The notes below the pieces were generated by a model that saw only the letters and a program-made list of their open reading frames with translations, searched no databases and was not told where the DNA came from. A program made the position numbers and the translations under genes. 64,000 bases of DNA from a virus (lineage: Duplodnaviria > Heunggongvirae > Uroviricota > Caudoviricetes), in the IMG/VR virus record IMGVR_UViG_3300043418_000226. The stretch is one strand, 5' to 3'. Positions 28,252 through 38,950 of this stretch are shown here, piece after piece. Every line of letters starts with the position of its first letter. Positions within the stretch are counted from its first letter, which is position 1.

Positions 28252-28979
28252 TGGTAAACGAAGAATACATAAAGAAATTTATTACAACAAATGATGGAGA
28301 ACCGGTTCCATATCGTTGGACACACGGTGCAACCGATTTACACGTAGGTGATGGAATTATGGTATATTCACTCATCCAACAACTAAGAGCTAAACAGTGT
28401 GTCTGTATTGGGTCCGGAGGTGGGTTTATACCACGTATCATAACACAAGCAAGAGTTGACCTTCACAAACAAGGAATTTTTGAGGGTGATAGTGACTTTA
28501 ATTGGGGTGACATCGGCGCAACTTATGTTGTTGATGCGTGTAACGGTGTTGGAGGACCTAATGATTTGGAAAATGAAGAATCGTTTTATAGAACACACTT
28601 TTTCCCACGTTTTATTAAATCAACATCCGAAGAGGCGTTCCATGATTTTTTTGTTCGTCAGGACATTAAAATTGATTTTCTTTTTATTGACGGTGACCAC
28701 TCATATGAAGGAGTAAAAAAAGATTTTGAACTATATTCAACTATATTATCAGATAATGGTATAATAGTTATACATGATACTGATGAAAAATACGAAGAAA
28801 CGTTAATTGTTTCTGAAGACGCAAAAAAAGACCACTACAGATTTGACGGACCATCTAAGTTTGTTAAAGAATTACAAAAAAACCCTAACTATAATTTGAT
28901 TAATTTGTTTAATTTTCGTATATTATCAACAAAACCAACCTCAAGTGGTTTAACGATAATAAACAAAAAACATGATTAA
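28230..28979 (+). CDS. class I SAM-dependent methyltransferase (Methyltransf_24-like)
   Basis: CIGSGGG, IDFLFIDGDHSYEGV, GIIVIHD. Confidence 0.85.
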   Translation: MAKLDEIMVNEEYIKKFITTNDGEPVPYRWTHGATDLHVGDGIMVYSLIQQLRAKQCVCIGSGGGFIPRIITQARVDLHKQGIFEGDSDFNWGDIGATYVVDACNGVGGPNDLENEESFYRTHFFPRFIKSTSEEAFHDFFVRQDIKIDFLFIDGDHSYEGVKKDFELYSTILSDNGIIVIHDTDEKYEETLIVSEDAKKDHYRFDGPSKFVKELQKNPNYNLINLFNFRILSTKPTSSGLTIINKKHD

Positions 28980-29829
28980 ATTAGTTACGGTTGTCGGTCA
29001 CGGGACCAATTTATTACCACACTTTATTAAACATTACTTACAATATGTTGATGAAATTTATATTGTGGCATATATTACCGACAACTCCCCAAATTTAAAG
29101 AATGAGATATTAAACGTAACTCACAATTACAAGAATGTGGTTATGTGTGACGTTGTAAGGGACCGTAGTTTTGATTGGAATAAAGTAACACAATTATATA
29201 ATCAAGTTAAATTAAAATATCCAAATGATTGGTGGGTTGTTGCGGATATTGACGAACTACAATTGTACCCAAACAATGATTTAAAATCTTTAATATCCGA
29301 ATGTGATAAAAATGGATGGGATTTAGTAAGAGGTGGGTTTATAGATAGGGTCGGAATAGATGGGGAATTTCCTGAAATAAAAGAAGATATTTCACTATTC
29401 GAACAATTCCCAAATGCCGGTTTTTTTAGATACCCATTAAGTAATGCGTGTCCAAATAAGGTATGTGTAATGAAAGGCTATGTAGAAATTACGTCGGGCC
29501 AACATTATGCTAAACTTAATGGTCAAACAACTTGGAGATGGCAGGGATGGAACCACCCACTAATTGCTCCACATAACTTATACTCGGTTCAGGTACACCA
29601 TTTTAAGTGGGATAAAACATGTATAGATAGAATTAAGTCTGTCGTGGACGTAAATGAAGAATATGCGTACTCAACTGAGTACGAAATTATGTATAAAAAT
29701 TTAAGAAAACATCGATATAAAATTGACATAAATAATCCCGAATTTCAATTTGAAAATGGTAAAAATGTGTCCACATTTGATGGATATAAAAATTGGAATA
29801 AATTAATAAATAAAATAGTATCAATATGA
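28972..29829 (+). CDS. glycosyltransferase (GT2/GT92-like)
   Basis: LPHFIKHY, WWVVADIDE, VHHFKW. Confidence 0.75.
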   Translation: MIKLVTVVGHGTNLLPHFIKHYLQYVDEIYIVAYITDNSPNLKNEILNVTHNYKNVVMCDVVRDRSFDWNKVTQLYNQVKLKYPNDWWVVADIDELQLYPNNDLKSLISECDKNGWDLVRGGFIDRVGIDGEFPEIKEDISLFEQFPNAGFFRYPLSNACPNKVCVMKGYVEITSGQHYAKLNGQTTWRWQGWNHPLIAPHNLYSVQVHHFKWDKTCIDRIKSVVDVNEEYAYSTEYEIMYKNLRKHRYKIDINNPEFQFENGKNVSTFDGYKNWNKLINKIVSI

Positions 29830-30020
29830 CAACAGAAGAAAAAGAAGCTTTAGAACTAAGAAAAGTGAAGGCGTTAGAAAAAATTGCGAACTCAGTAGAC
29901 GCATTAACAATATGGTTTGAGGAAGTAGATAAAACCGAATGGAGTGAAAGAATTCAATATTACCTTTCCGAATGGCATCGAACATCAATAAAATCAAAAG
30001 AGGAACCATTAAATGAATAA
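29826..30020 (+). CDS. hypothetical protein
   Basis: 64-aa ORF overlapping both neighbours. Confidence 0.55.
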   Translation: MTTEEKEALELRKVKALEKIANSVDALTIWFEEVDKTEWSERIQYYLSEWHRTSIKSKEEPLNE

Positions 30021-31428
30021 TAAACCTAAATTAGGTGTTATTGTACCCTATAGACATAGGGAACCACAATTACCTGAATTTATCGATAGAATAACGGAAC
30101 ACCTAAATAAACAAGATATCCCACATGAGATTATTATCGTTGAACAGGACGATGGGAAACAATTTAATCGTGGAATGTTATTAAACATAGGATTTAAACA
30201 ATCAAAACAAATGAGATGTGACTATGTGGTATTTCATGACGTTGATATGTTACCGTTAGATGTTGATTATTCATATTCAGAAGTACCCTTACATTTGGCA
30301 ACCAATTTTGAAGGGGAAAAAAAGGTAGTTTTTGACGAATATTTCGGAGGTGTTACAATGTTTCCATCTAAACTATTTGAAAAGATGGACGGATATTCAA
30401 ACAAATATTGGGGGTGGGGTTACGAAGACACTGACTTATTGTTTAGATGTAAACAATACGAAATACCACTTAATACACAGAAAATAAAAAACCAAGGAAG
30501 AAAAGGAAAGGCACTTAGATTTTATGGTAAGAATTCAAAAGTAATTTGTGATAACATAATTGATTTCAACTCAAATGCGACGTTCTTTATATCATTCAAT
30601 CCCGATGACGTGGAATTTAATCATTTGAAACCGTCCGACGAATTTACTGTGTTCAGTATACCGGGATACGACTTTGCAATTTGTTTTAACTCATTTTTAA
30701 GATATAATTTCTGTATGTTTGACAATAAAATGGAACCATTTTACGTTAATTCAAACATTAAAACAAACTATAAAACAAATATGGTTGTTACTCTTGATAG
30801 GTTAGATAACATTATTAAAGTATACCAAGATGGGGTTTTTATAGGTGAAACCAGTGGATTTAGAAAATTATATTTTTATAAAAAAGAACCTAAATTTTAT
30901 TTGGGAGTAGGAAAACCAGATAGGGAAGAAACTCAGAATTATTATAGAGGTACGATTGACTCGTTTGCATATTTTGATGACATCTTAAGCGAAAAAGAAA
31001 TATTCGAAATCTCATCAAATTCAACTAATTTATTGAGTAATAATTTTGGTAATTATAAATCGTCACGTTCATTAAAAACTTACTACGATGCCAATCATAT
31101 TAGTAACTATAAACTAATTGATTTATCGGGTAATCATAATGACGGTGTAATAAAAGATTGTGCAATTCAAAATGAAGAATACGACGAATATAAAGAAATA
31201 AAAATACCGTTTAGAAGAGTATCAAAATTCCAATCGTTACCACACGAAGAGAATGGATTTTTAGGTAATAAATGGAAAGACCAAGCAACAAGATGGAACC
31301 AATTAAGGTATCAGAATGAAGTTTACAAAAATAATTTAATCGATAATGACGGAATGTCAACATTGAAATTCACACTCCATGGTAAAACCAAAGAGGGGAA
31401 TGTAACAACACTTAACGTAGGTTTATGA
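30013..31428 (+). CDS. GT7 (beta-1,4-galactosyltransferase-like) with internal LamG-like domain
   Basis: IVPYRHR, FNRGMLLNIG, FHDVD, YFGGV, YWGWGYED; LamG-like VYQDG..FYLG..GTIDSF; C-terminal DGMSTLKF. Confidence 0.85.
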   Translation: MNNKPKLGVIVPYRHREPQLPEFIDRITEHLNKQDIPHEIIIVEQDDGKQFNRGMLLNIGFKQSKQMRCDYVVFHDVDMLPLDVDYSYSEVPLHLATNFEGEKKVVFDEYFGGVTMFPSKLFEKMDGYSNKYWGWGYEDTDLLFRCKQYEIPLNTQKIKNQGRKGKALRFYGKNSKVICDNIIDFNSNATFFISFNPDDVEFNHLKPSDEFTVFSIPGYDFAICFNSFLRYNFCMFDNKMEPFYVNSNIKTNYKTNMVVTLDRLDNIIKVYQDGVFIGETSGFRKLYFYKKEPKFYLGVGKPDREETQNYYRGTIDSFAYFDDILSEKEIFEISSNSTNLLSNNFGNYKSSRSLKTYYDANHISNYKLIDLSGNHNDGVIKDCAIQNEEYDEYKEIKIPFRRVSKFQSLPHEENGFLGNKWKDQATRWNQLRYQNEVYKNNLIDNDGMSTLKFTLHGKTKEGNVTTLNVGL

Positions 31429-32813
31429 GTCATAAATTAGGTATCTGCATACCGTATAGAAATAGAAAAGAACATATTGATAGATTAATTCCACATTTAT
31501 CGAAACATTTAGATAATCAAGGAATTGATTATAAATTCTATGTCGGACATCAAGTAGATGATAAGTTATTCAACAGGGGAATGATGAAGAATATTGCTGC
31601 ACAATATGCATTTAACGATGGATGTGACTACATTGCATGGCACGATGTGGATATGTTACCAAATTTAGAATGTGATTATTCATATCCTGAAGAAACCCCA
31701 TTACACATTGCGACTAAACTATCAAAATATAATTACGGATTAGGTTATGACCAATATTTTGGTGGGGTAGTTTTATTTACAAAAGAACAGGTAGAAAAAA
31801 CAAACGGTTATTCCAACGAATATTGGGATTGGGGACAGGAAGATGATGATTTATTTTGGAGAGCTTATTATGAAGGTTATACAACTGGTGAAGTATTCAA
31901 AACGTACGAAAATAAAACAGTGGCAAATTTTAATGGTAACGACTCAAGTTTAGTTATCCCAACCAATCGGGAAATATCGTCCTGTTTACACAATGACCAT
32001 ACTATATCAATTTTATTCAGTGCCGAGCAACAACCTGAAAAAGTACCAATATGGTTAGTGGGTGATCAAAATAAAAAATTCATTGAGTATCCATTAATAA
32101 GGAAAGATGGAAGTTGGACGTGGGGATTATCATTTAATAACTCAAGAGCGGTTTCAATGATTTTGTTTAATAGAAACAATGGATTTAATTATAATTTTGC
32201 CAAAAGGTCTGAAAATCTATGGACTTGGGTAACTCTTTCATACAAACAAGAAACAAAAGAGGTTTATTTTTATTTAAATGATGAATTAGTTTGTCAGATG
32301 AACGGCGTAAAGAATAAACAACCATTCCCAATAAATGATGAATTAAGAACTCATGATGCTGTTAAACCATTTCTAATCGGGTTTTGTAATCACATGAACA
32401 CCCATTATAAGGGTAAAATTGCCGAAATTAAACTACATGGTAAGTTTTTTGACGACATTAATAAGGTATTCGGTAGTAAGGATGAAGTGTTATTGGATAT
32501 TGATTTTACAAAAGATTTGGAAGGGGAGAATAAAAATGTTACCTTTACCCAGGAAACCATAGAAGTAATTGAAAACATCATTCCATTTAGGAAAGAAGGA
32601 CGTTTTGAATGTCTACCTCACATTGATGAGGGATTTATCGGTGGAAATTGGGCTAAGGGTGAAACTACAGCCAAGAATGAAAAAAGATTTGTTACTGAAA
32701 TGCAACAAAGAAAAATAGATTACAAAAACGATGGGATGAATACATTAAAGTACACTTTAGCTAGTACCGAAATGTATACTGATAATTGTATGTTCATAAA
32801 CGTAACAGTATAA
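31425..32813 (+). CDS. GT7 paralog with internal LamG-like domain
   Basis: IPYRNR, FNRGMMKN, WHDVD, YFGGV, WDWGQEDDDL; WTWVTLSY..FYLND..KGKIAEI; DGMNTLKY. Confidence 0.85.
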   Translation: MSHKLGICIPYRNRKEHIDRLIPHLSKHLDNQGIDYKFYVGHQVDDKLFNRGMMKNIAAQYAFNDGCDYIAWHDVDMLPNLECDYSYPEETPLHIATKLSKYNYGLGYDQYFGGVVLFTKEQVEKTNGYSNEYWDWGQEDDDLFWRAYYEGYTTGEVFKTYENKTVANFNGNDSSLVIPTNREISSCLHNDHTISILFSAEQQPEKVPIWLVGDQNKKFIEYPLIRKDGSWTWGLSFNNSRAVSMILFNRNNGFNYNFAKRSENLWTWVTLSYKQETKEVYFYLNDELVCQMNGVKNKQPFPINDELRTHDAVKPFLIGFCNHMNTHYKGKIAEIKLHGKFFDDINKVFGSKDEVLLDIDFTKDLEGENKNVTFTQETIEVIENIIPFRKEGRFECLPHIDEGFIGGNWAKGETTAKNEKRFVTEMQQRKIDYKNDGMNTLKYTLASTEMYTDNCMFINVTV

Positions 32814-32814
32814 T

Positions 32815-34200
32815 ATGAGTCGACTACAAGGAATAAAAAATGAATTAGATGGGGTTGGTTGTGGATTTTGTTTAGCAAAGTGGACACAAGTTACAATGCA
32901 TTTACATAACGGAATGACACATTCTTGTCACCACCCGTCACCACATAAAATACCCCTACAAGAAATAAAAGATAACCCAACAGCACTTCATAATACCAAT
33001 TTCAAAAAAGAAATTCGTAAGGAGATGTTGACCGGTAAAAAACCCGAAGAGTGTAACTATTGTTGGAATGTTGAAAAATCATCCGATTCATTTTCAGATA
33101 GGGTTTTTAAAAGTTCTGAATCGTGGTCACAACCCCATTTAGAAGAAATCAAAGGGTTAGATTGGAAAGCCAATTACAACCCAAAATATGTTGAAGTTAG
33201 TTTTTCAAATACATGTAATTTCAAATGTTCATATTGTAGTCCGATGTTCTCATCTAAATGGATGGAAGAAATCGAAAAACACGGGGCTTACCCCACATCA
33301 ACTAAATTCAACGATTTGAGTTGGGTAAAACAAACCAATCAATTACCGTATAAACATTCAGAAGAAAATCCTTATGTCGAATCTTTTTGGAAATGGTGGC
33401 CAAGTCTTTACAATGACTTACATACGTTTAGAATAACCGGTGGAGAACCATTACTATCTAAAGATACGTGGAAAATATTAGATTTCATTGAAACAACAGA
33501 AACACCTAATCGAAAATTAAACATTTCAATCAATTCAAATTTAGGTGTACCAAAAAATCTTATCGTTAGATTTGTTGAACAAGTTAAAAAGATTATCGAA
33601 AACGATAGGGTTTCCGAGTTCATCATATTCACATCTTGTGAATCATTTGGTAAACAAGCAGAGTATATTCGTAATGGTTTAGATTACGAATTATTCTTAG
33701 AAAACGTCGAATATATCTTATCAGAGTTACCAAAAGTTACAATCAACGTAATGGCAACGTTTAACGCTTTATCGGTGTTTGGTTATGGTGAATTGTTAGA
33801 TAAGATTTTTGAATTAAAACAAAAATACCGTAACGACGAAAGATATTGGGTGTCGGCAATACAAATTGACACATCGTACTTACGTTGGCCGCAACATCTT
33901 TCAGTTAAAATATTAGAAGATGAACATAAAGAATTAATCCTTGAAGCGGCAAAGAAAGCGTTTTATTATTCTACACCAGAATTTACGAGAGATAATTATG
34001 GGTTTTCAGATGTTGAGGTACAAAAACTAAAAAGATTATATGATTATGCCATTTCTGAAGATGATTTTAATGTAAAAACAAATAGAAAAGATTTTATTTC
34101 ATTTGTTGATGAACATGATAAAAGAAGAGGGACCGATTTCCTAAAAACATTCCCACAATTAGAAAATTTATACAACAATGTTAAGAATAACAGAAGGTAA
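32815..34200 (+). CDS. N-terminal twitch-domain radical SAM protein 1
   Basis: FCLAKW..SCHH..ECNYC; CNFKCSYC; ITGGEP; DKRRG. Confidence 0.9.
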   Translation: MSRLQGIKNELDGVGCGFCLAKWTQVTMHLHNGMTHSCHHPSPHKIPLQEIKDNPTALHNTNFKKEIRKEMLTGKKPEECNYCWNVEKSSDSFSDRVFKSSESWSQPHLEEIKGLDWKANYNPKYVEVSFSNTCNFKCSYCSPMFSSKWMEEIEKHGAYPTSTKFNDLSWVKQTNQLPYKHSEENPYVESFWKWWPSLYNDLHTFRITGGEPLLSKDTWKILDFIETTETPNRKLNISINSNLGVPKNLIVRFVEQVKKIIENDRVSEFIIFTSCESFGKQAEYIRNGLDYELFLENVEYILSELPKVTINVMATFNALSVFGYGELLDKIFELKQKYRNDERYWVSAIQIDTSYLRWPQHLSVKILEDEHKELILEAAKKAFYYSTPEFTRDNYGFSDVEVQKLKRLYDYAISEDDFNVKTNRKDFISFVDEHDKRRGTDFLKTFPQLENLYNNVKNNRR

Positions 34201-34759
34201 TCCATGGGTAATGTGGCCCGATAGTTTGGTTGAAAATTTCATACCTGACCCCGCTAATAAAATTTTAGATTACGACGGTAATTTTGATTTTAAGGTAACA
34301 TTTGAATTACCAAAATTAGTTAAACAAAAGTCAACATTGTTTTCTAAATTACCATCTTACTTTGGGGTCGACATTGAAGAGTACGGTTTAACACTTATAG
34401 TAACGGAAAACGATATACAATCAAAATATAGATTCGGGGAATATACGTGGAAAGTAGGTGAAATCTACGAGTTAACCATTCAAAAAAGAGACGGGACAAT
34501 ATTGTTATTAATTAATAATGTAACAATAATAAAACATTATATTGAAACAACGCTATGTTCGGACAGTGTCTCACATATAATCTTTGGGTCGGGTAATTTT
34601 CCTAAAAATAACTTCAACTTAAACTACATTGATGTAATTTTACACCAATTTGAAATAATAAAAGAAGGAACCGTAATGTCTTTACATAAATTTGAAACCT
34701 TTATCCATGGTAAAAGTTTTGATGAAACAGGTAATTGTAATTTCATTCATAAAATATAG
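34178..34759 (+). CDS. LamG-like beta-sandwich protein
   Basis: Beta-rich pattern WKVGEIYELTI..LLINN..IIFGSG; ends DETGNCN. Confidence 0.5.
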   Translation: MLRITEGNPWVMWPDSLVENFIPDPANKILDYDGNFDFKVTFELPKLVKQKSTLFSKLPSYFGVDIEEYGLTLIVTENDIQSKYRFGEYTWKVGEIYELTIQKRDGTILLLINNVTIIKHYIETTLCSDSVSHIIFGSGNFPKNNFNLNYIDVILHQFEIIKEGTVMSLHKFETFIHGKSFDETGNCNFIHKI

Positions 34760-34813
34760 TGATTTTCTATGTTTAATAAGAATAAAAACGTATATTAAAA
34801 TAAATTAAAGACA

Positions 34814-36382
34814 ATGGGTATATTCGCAAAGAAAGAAAACGAAAGTTACGTTGGATACCGTGATAGGGCGGTTAATTCTATTTCACCATCATTTTGTGGT
34901 GCTAAGTGGTATAACGCAACAATATGGTTAGGTAATGGTACGACAGCAAGTTGTCATCACCCACCGGCACATAAAATCCCATTGGAAGAAGTTGCAATGA
35001 GTTACAAAGCAATTCACAACACTCAATACAAAAAACTAATTAGAAAACAAATGCTCGAAGGTGAAAGACCTAAAGAGTGTGAGTACTGTTGGAAAATTGA
35101 GGACATGGGTCCCGATAAAGTATCCGATAGAGTTTATAAATCGGTAATCTATACAGATGAGGAATTGGTCGAAGCCAAGACTAAATGCGGTTGGACTGAA
35201 GATGTTGATTTGAAGACATTGGAGATTGCCTTTGACCCTAATTGTAATTTTGCATGTTCATATTGTAATTCGTCATTTTCTACAACTTGGCAAAATGACA
35301 TCAAGAAAAATGGGCCGTACCAAAACTTAGTTAGTGATGGGGCAGCGGCATTTCAACACGATGGGTCACATTCAATGCCGTATGGTAAGAAAAATCAAGA
35401 TAATCCATATGTTGATGCATTTTGGAAATGGTGGGAAGGTGAACTACAATTTAGTCTTAGGGAGTTAAGAGTAACCGGTGGTGAACCCACAATGTCACAA
35501 GATTTTTGGAAACTAATGAAATGGTGGGAGAATAATAAAGATTGTGAAGTAGATTTTGCCGTTAATTCAAATTTAGGTCAAAAAGATGAGTTATTTGAAG
35601 AACTATTGAAAGCTTCACATAACATTAAGAGTTTTCACCTTTATACAAGTTGTGAAGCGGTTGGTTCACAGGCCGAGTATATTAGAGACGGATTGAAATG
35701 GGAAAAATGGGTTAGTAATGTTGAAAGAATGTTAAAGGAAGGAAATGTCAAGTCAATTAATTGTATGATGACAATTAATGCACTTTCATTGTTCTCAATT
35801 ACCGAATTCATGGATGAAATGTTAAGAATTAAACGACAATATAAAACGTCTTCACCTAACTGTTCGTTTAATATTCTCCGTTTCCCATCATTTCAATCAA
35901 TTGTAACTTTACCAAAAGATATTAGAGAAGAACGTGCAAATCACATTGAGGAATGGATTAATAAAAATTACGATGGAGGGGCGAATTTCTTCTTAGATTG
36001 GGAAAGAGATGGAATGTTGAGATTAGTGTCTTATATTCGAGAAGTAAACACAGGACATAGCCATACCTCTTCATTGGAAACAAGAGAAAGAGATTGGAAA
36101 TCATTCTACACTCAATATGACATTAGAAGAAATAAGAATTTTGTTGAGACTTTCCCAATGTTAAAAGAATGGTGGGACTCGATTCCTGAAACTAATATCA
36201 CACCACTTAAACAAGTTGTTGATGGTGATGATGCTAAATCAAATCGTTACGTTAGTGATGTAATGGAAACAGCTAAGAAAGAAGGGTGGGTTTTAAATCC
36301 ACAATGGGCGAATCCTGGTGCACAAGATTACATAGAAACGGACCAACAAGATGATATGTTAAAATACATTAATGAAAAGTAA
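34814..36382 (+). CDS. N-terminal twitch-domain radical SAM protein 2
   Basis: FCGAKW..SCHH..ECEYC; CNFACSYC; VTGGEP; DIRRN. Confidence 0.9.
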   Translation: MGIFAKKENESYVGYRDRAVNSISPSFCGAKWYNATIWLGNGTTASCHHPPAHKIPLEEVAMSYKAIHNTQYKKLIRKQMLEGERPKECEYCWKIEDMGPDKVSDRVYKSVIYTDEELVEAKTKCGWTEDVDLKTLEIAFDPNCNFACSYCNSSFSTTWQNDIKKNGPYQNLVSDGAAAFQHDGSHSMPYGKKNQDNPYVDAFWKWWEGELQFSLRELRVTGGEPTMSQDFWKLMKWWENNKDCEVDFAVNSNLGQKDELFEELLKASHNIKSFHLYTSCEAVGSQAEYIRDGLKWEKWVSNVERMLKEGNVKSINCMMTINALSLFSITEFMDEMLRIKRQYKTSSPNCSFNILRFPSFQSIVTLPKDIREERANHIEEWINKNYDGGANFFLDWERDGMLRLVSYIREVNTGHSHTSSLETRERDWKSFYTQYDIRRNKNFVETFPMLKEWWDSIPETNITPLKQVVDGDDAKSNRYVSDVMETAKKEGWVLNPQWANPGAQDYIETDQQDDMLKYINEK

Positions 36383-37617
36383 TGTCACAAGAAAATATAA
36401 ATAAATTTCCTATTAACACAGATACTTCATGTCAATTCAAATGGACATGGAGTACTTTGTTTTTATCGGTAGGCACATCTTCGAGTTGTCATAGATGTAA
36501 AGGATGGGACGTGTCGGAATATATGCACGATTTTCACAATCACCCCGGTAAGATTAAAGACCGTGAGAAAATGTTAAATGGAGAGTGGCCAGGTAATGGG
36601 TGTGAATATTGTAAAAAGGTTGAAGATGTTGGTGGAGTAAGTGAACGACAATCATACGTTAACGAAAGTCTATTGTCACCAAAAGAACTATCAACAAACC
36701 CAACTCAAACAAATGTTACTCCAAGAATATTAGAGGTTTACTTCACAAACGTGTGTAACCAAAAGTGTGTATACTGTTCACCGTTTTTTAGTTCGTTACT
36801 ACAAAATGAGATTGATAAGTTTGGACCAATTGAAGTTGGTTACAGTTATGATGGGTTCAAACCAAGAGGAGATTACGAGAGAATAAAAAGTGAGTTTTGG
36901 GTTTGGATGGATAAAAATTCAACAGACCTATTTCAATTCCAAATTTTAGGTGGTGAACCAATGTATCAACCAGAGTTCGAAGAATGTTTAACTTTTTTTG
37001 AGGAACGAACACATCCGAACTTGAATTGGAAAATCTTTAGTAATCTCAAACACGACACCAATAAATTTAAAGAAAAAATTACTCGTATATCAAACTTAAT
37101 CGAATCGGGTAAATTAAAATCTTTTGAGATTGTGTGTAGTATGGATTGTTGGGGACCTGAAGCGGAATTTAGTAGGTATGGTATGTCTTTAGTGGAGTGG
37201 GAAAGAAATTTTAATGTCCTATTAAACTCGGAACAAGTAAACATTTCAGTTCACTCAACTATCACACCAATTACATTACCAACCATGTGGGAGTTCTATG
37301 GAAAAATAGTAGAATGGAACAAAATAAAGAGAGTTGATTTCGGTTGGAACACAGTTAAAGAACCAATATTCATGAATCCTGAAATTATCGGGTCACACGC
37401 AACTGAATACTTGGATAAATTACTAAACGTGGTTCCAAGTAGTGATAATAGAAAGGTTTACTTGGAAGGAATTAGAGAACAAATAATAAATCATGACGTG
37501 GATTACGTTAGACTTAAAAGATTGTGTGTGTACTTGGATAAAATCGACCAAAGAAGAGGTACCGATTGGAAACAACTATACCCATGGTTAAATAACATAC
37601 TTAAAAATGAAAATTAA
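36382..37617 (+). CDS. N-terminal twitch-domain radical SAM protein 3
   Basis: SCQFKW..SCHRC..GCEYC; CNQKCVYC; LGGEP; DQRRG. Confidence 0.9.
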   Translation: MSQENINKFPINTDTSCQFKWTWSTLFLSVGTSSSCHRCKGWDVSEYMHDFHNHPGKIKDREKMLNGEWPGNGCEYCKKVEDVGGVSERQSYVNESLLSPKELSTNPTQTNVTPRILEVYFTNVCNQKCVYCSPFFSSLLQNEIDKFGPIEVGYSYDGFKPRGDYERIKSEFWVWMDKNSTDLFQFQILGGEPMYQPEFEECLTFFEERTHPNLNWKIFSNLKHDTNKFKEKITRISNLIESGKLKSFEIVCSMDCWGPEAEFSRYGMSLVEWERNFNVLLNSEQVNISVHSTITPITLPTMWEFYGKIVEWNKIKRVDFGWNTVKEPIFMNPEIIGSHATEYLDKLLNVVPSSDNRKVYLEGIREQIINHDVDYVRLKRLCVYLDKIDQRRGTDWKQLYPWLNNILKNEN

Positions 37618-38950
37618 ACCATCTGAAGGTAATAAAACATTCTGTATGGCACCTTGGACACATACATATCTGTCACCACAAAGTGAAAGACGTATGTGTT
37701 GTGCCAGTAGAGAGAAAGCAACTTGGGCTACACAATATATTGATTCTGAAAGTGCTGACAAAGGTTCTAATTACAATCCCGCAACTTTAGAAGAACATTG
37801 GAATAGTCCGTACATGATGGACATTCGTAAACGATTAATGGCAGGAGAAGAAATCTCTCAATGTGATGTTTGTAACCAAAAATTACTGAATATTCACATC
37901 TATAGAGATTATTTCACTAAAACATTATTCCCACATAAGATTGATGAGGTTTTTGAAAAAACAAATGATGAGGGGTACACTGAAATGAAACCAATATCGT
38001 TTGACTATAGAATCTCGAACCTATGTAATTTCAAATGTAGAATGTGTGGTGACCAATTATCATCTAGTTGGGAAGCGGAGAGAAGAACAATGGGACATTA
38101 CGATGGTACCGGTGATTTTTGGGCACTTAAACAAAACAAATCAACCATTGAAAATTTCCAAAAAGAGGTTGCCGAAAAAGAATTATGGGAAGCGGTTTAT
38201 GACGGTAGAATTGAAGAGATTTATTGGGTCGGTGGTGAACCTCTAATGTGGGACATTCATTGGGATATTATGAAATACTTAGTTGATACTGGTAAATCTA
38301 AAAACGTTATTGTGAGGTATAATACCAACCTAAGTAGAGTTAGATACAAAAACCACTACTTATTTGATTATTTACCCCACTTTAAGAGTGTACAAATTTG
38401 TGCAAGTATCGATGGTGTTGGTGACATTGTTGAATACGTTAGACATGGTGTAAAATGGAACGATTGGTTACAAAACTTTAAAGAGGGTATATTCCTAAAC
38501 AAACAATATGGTGAATATGGAATAGCATTCGATTTAACTGTAACGTCACCTGGTCTTTTCTCGATGAAGGATATGATTGATATTACATTAGGGATGGATG
38601 TACACACATTAATTAAAACAACTTTCTCATTTGATAGTAGTATTGTTATGTCACCAATGATGATACCAAGACACATATTGAACCCAATACTTGATGATAT
38701 TATTGATTATGCCAAATCAAAAAACAATCGAAAGATTGATAATTACGTTACGTGTTTTGAGGATATAAAAAGTAAACAAACATTCCAAGAACAATATCCC
38801 GATTGGGAGAAAGGATTAATTGAAGGTAAGAAGAGATTAATGATGGTTGACCTTCACAGAAGTAATGTTGGTAAAATCGAAGAGATATTCTCAAGGAATT
38901 CCGAATTATTAGAATGGTGGAACGGTATTAAAGTAAATAATTTATTATGA
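37607..38950 (+). CDS. N-terminal twitch-domain radical SAM protein 4
   Basis: FCMAPW..MCC..QCDVC; CNFKCRMC; VGGEP. Confidence 0.9.
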   Translation: MKIKPSEGNKTFCMAPWTHTYLSPQSERRMCCASREKATWATQYIDSESADKGSNYNPATLEEHWNSPYMMDIRKRLMAGEEISQCDVCNQKLLNIHIYRDYFTKTLFPHKIDEVFEKTNDEGYTEMKPISFDYRISNLCNFKCRMCGDQLSSSWEAERRTMGHYDGTGDFWALKQNKSTIENFQKEVAEKELWEAVYDGRIEEIYWVGGEPLMWDIHWDIMKYLVDTGKSKNVIVRYNTNLSRVRYKNHYLFDYLPHFKSVQICASIDGVGDIVEYVRHGVKWNDWLQNFKEGIFLNKQYGEYGIAFDLTVTSPGLFSMKDMIDITLGMDVHTLIKTTFSFDSSIVMSPMMIPRHILNPILDDIIDYAKSKNNRKIDNYVTCFEDIKSKQTFQEQYPDWEKGLIEGKKRLMMVDLHRSNVGKIEEIFSRNSELLEWWNGIKVNNLL

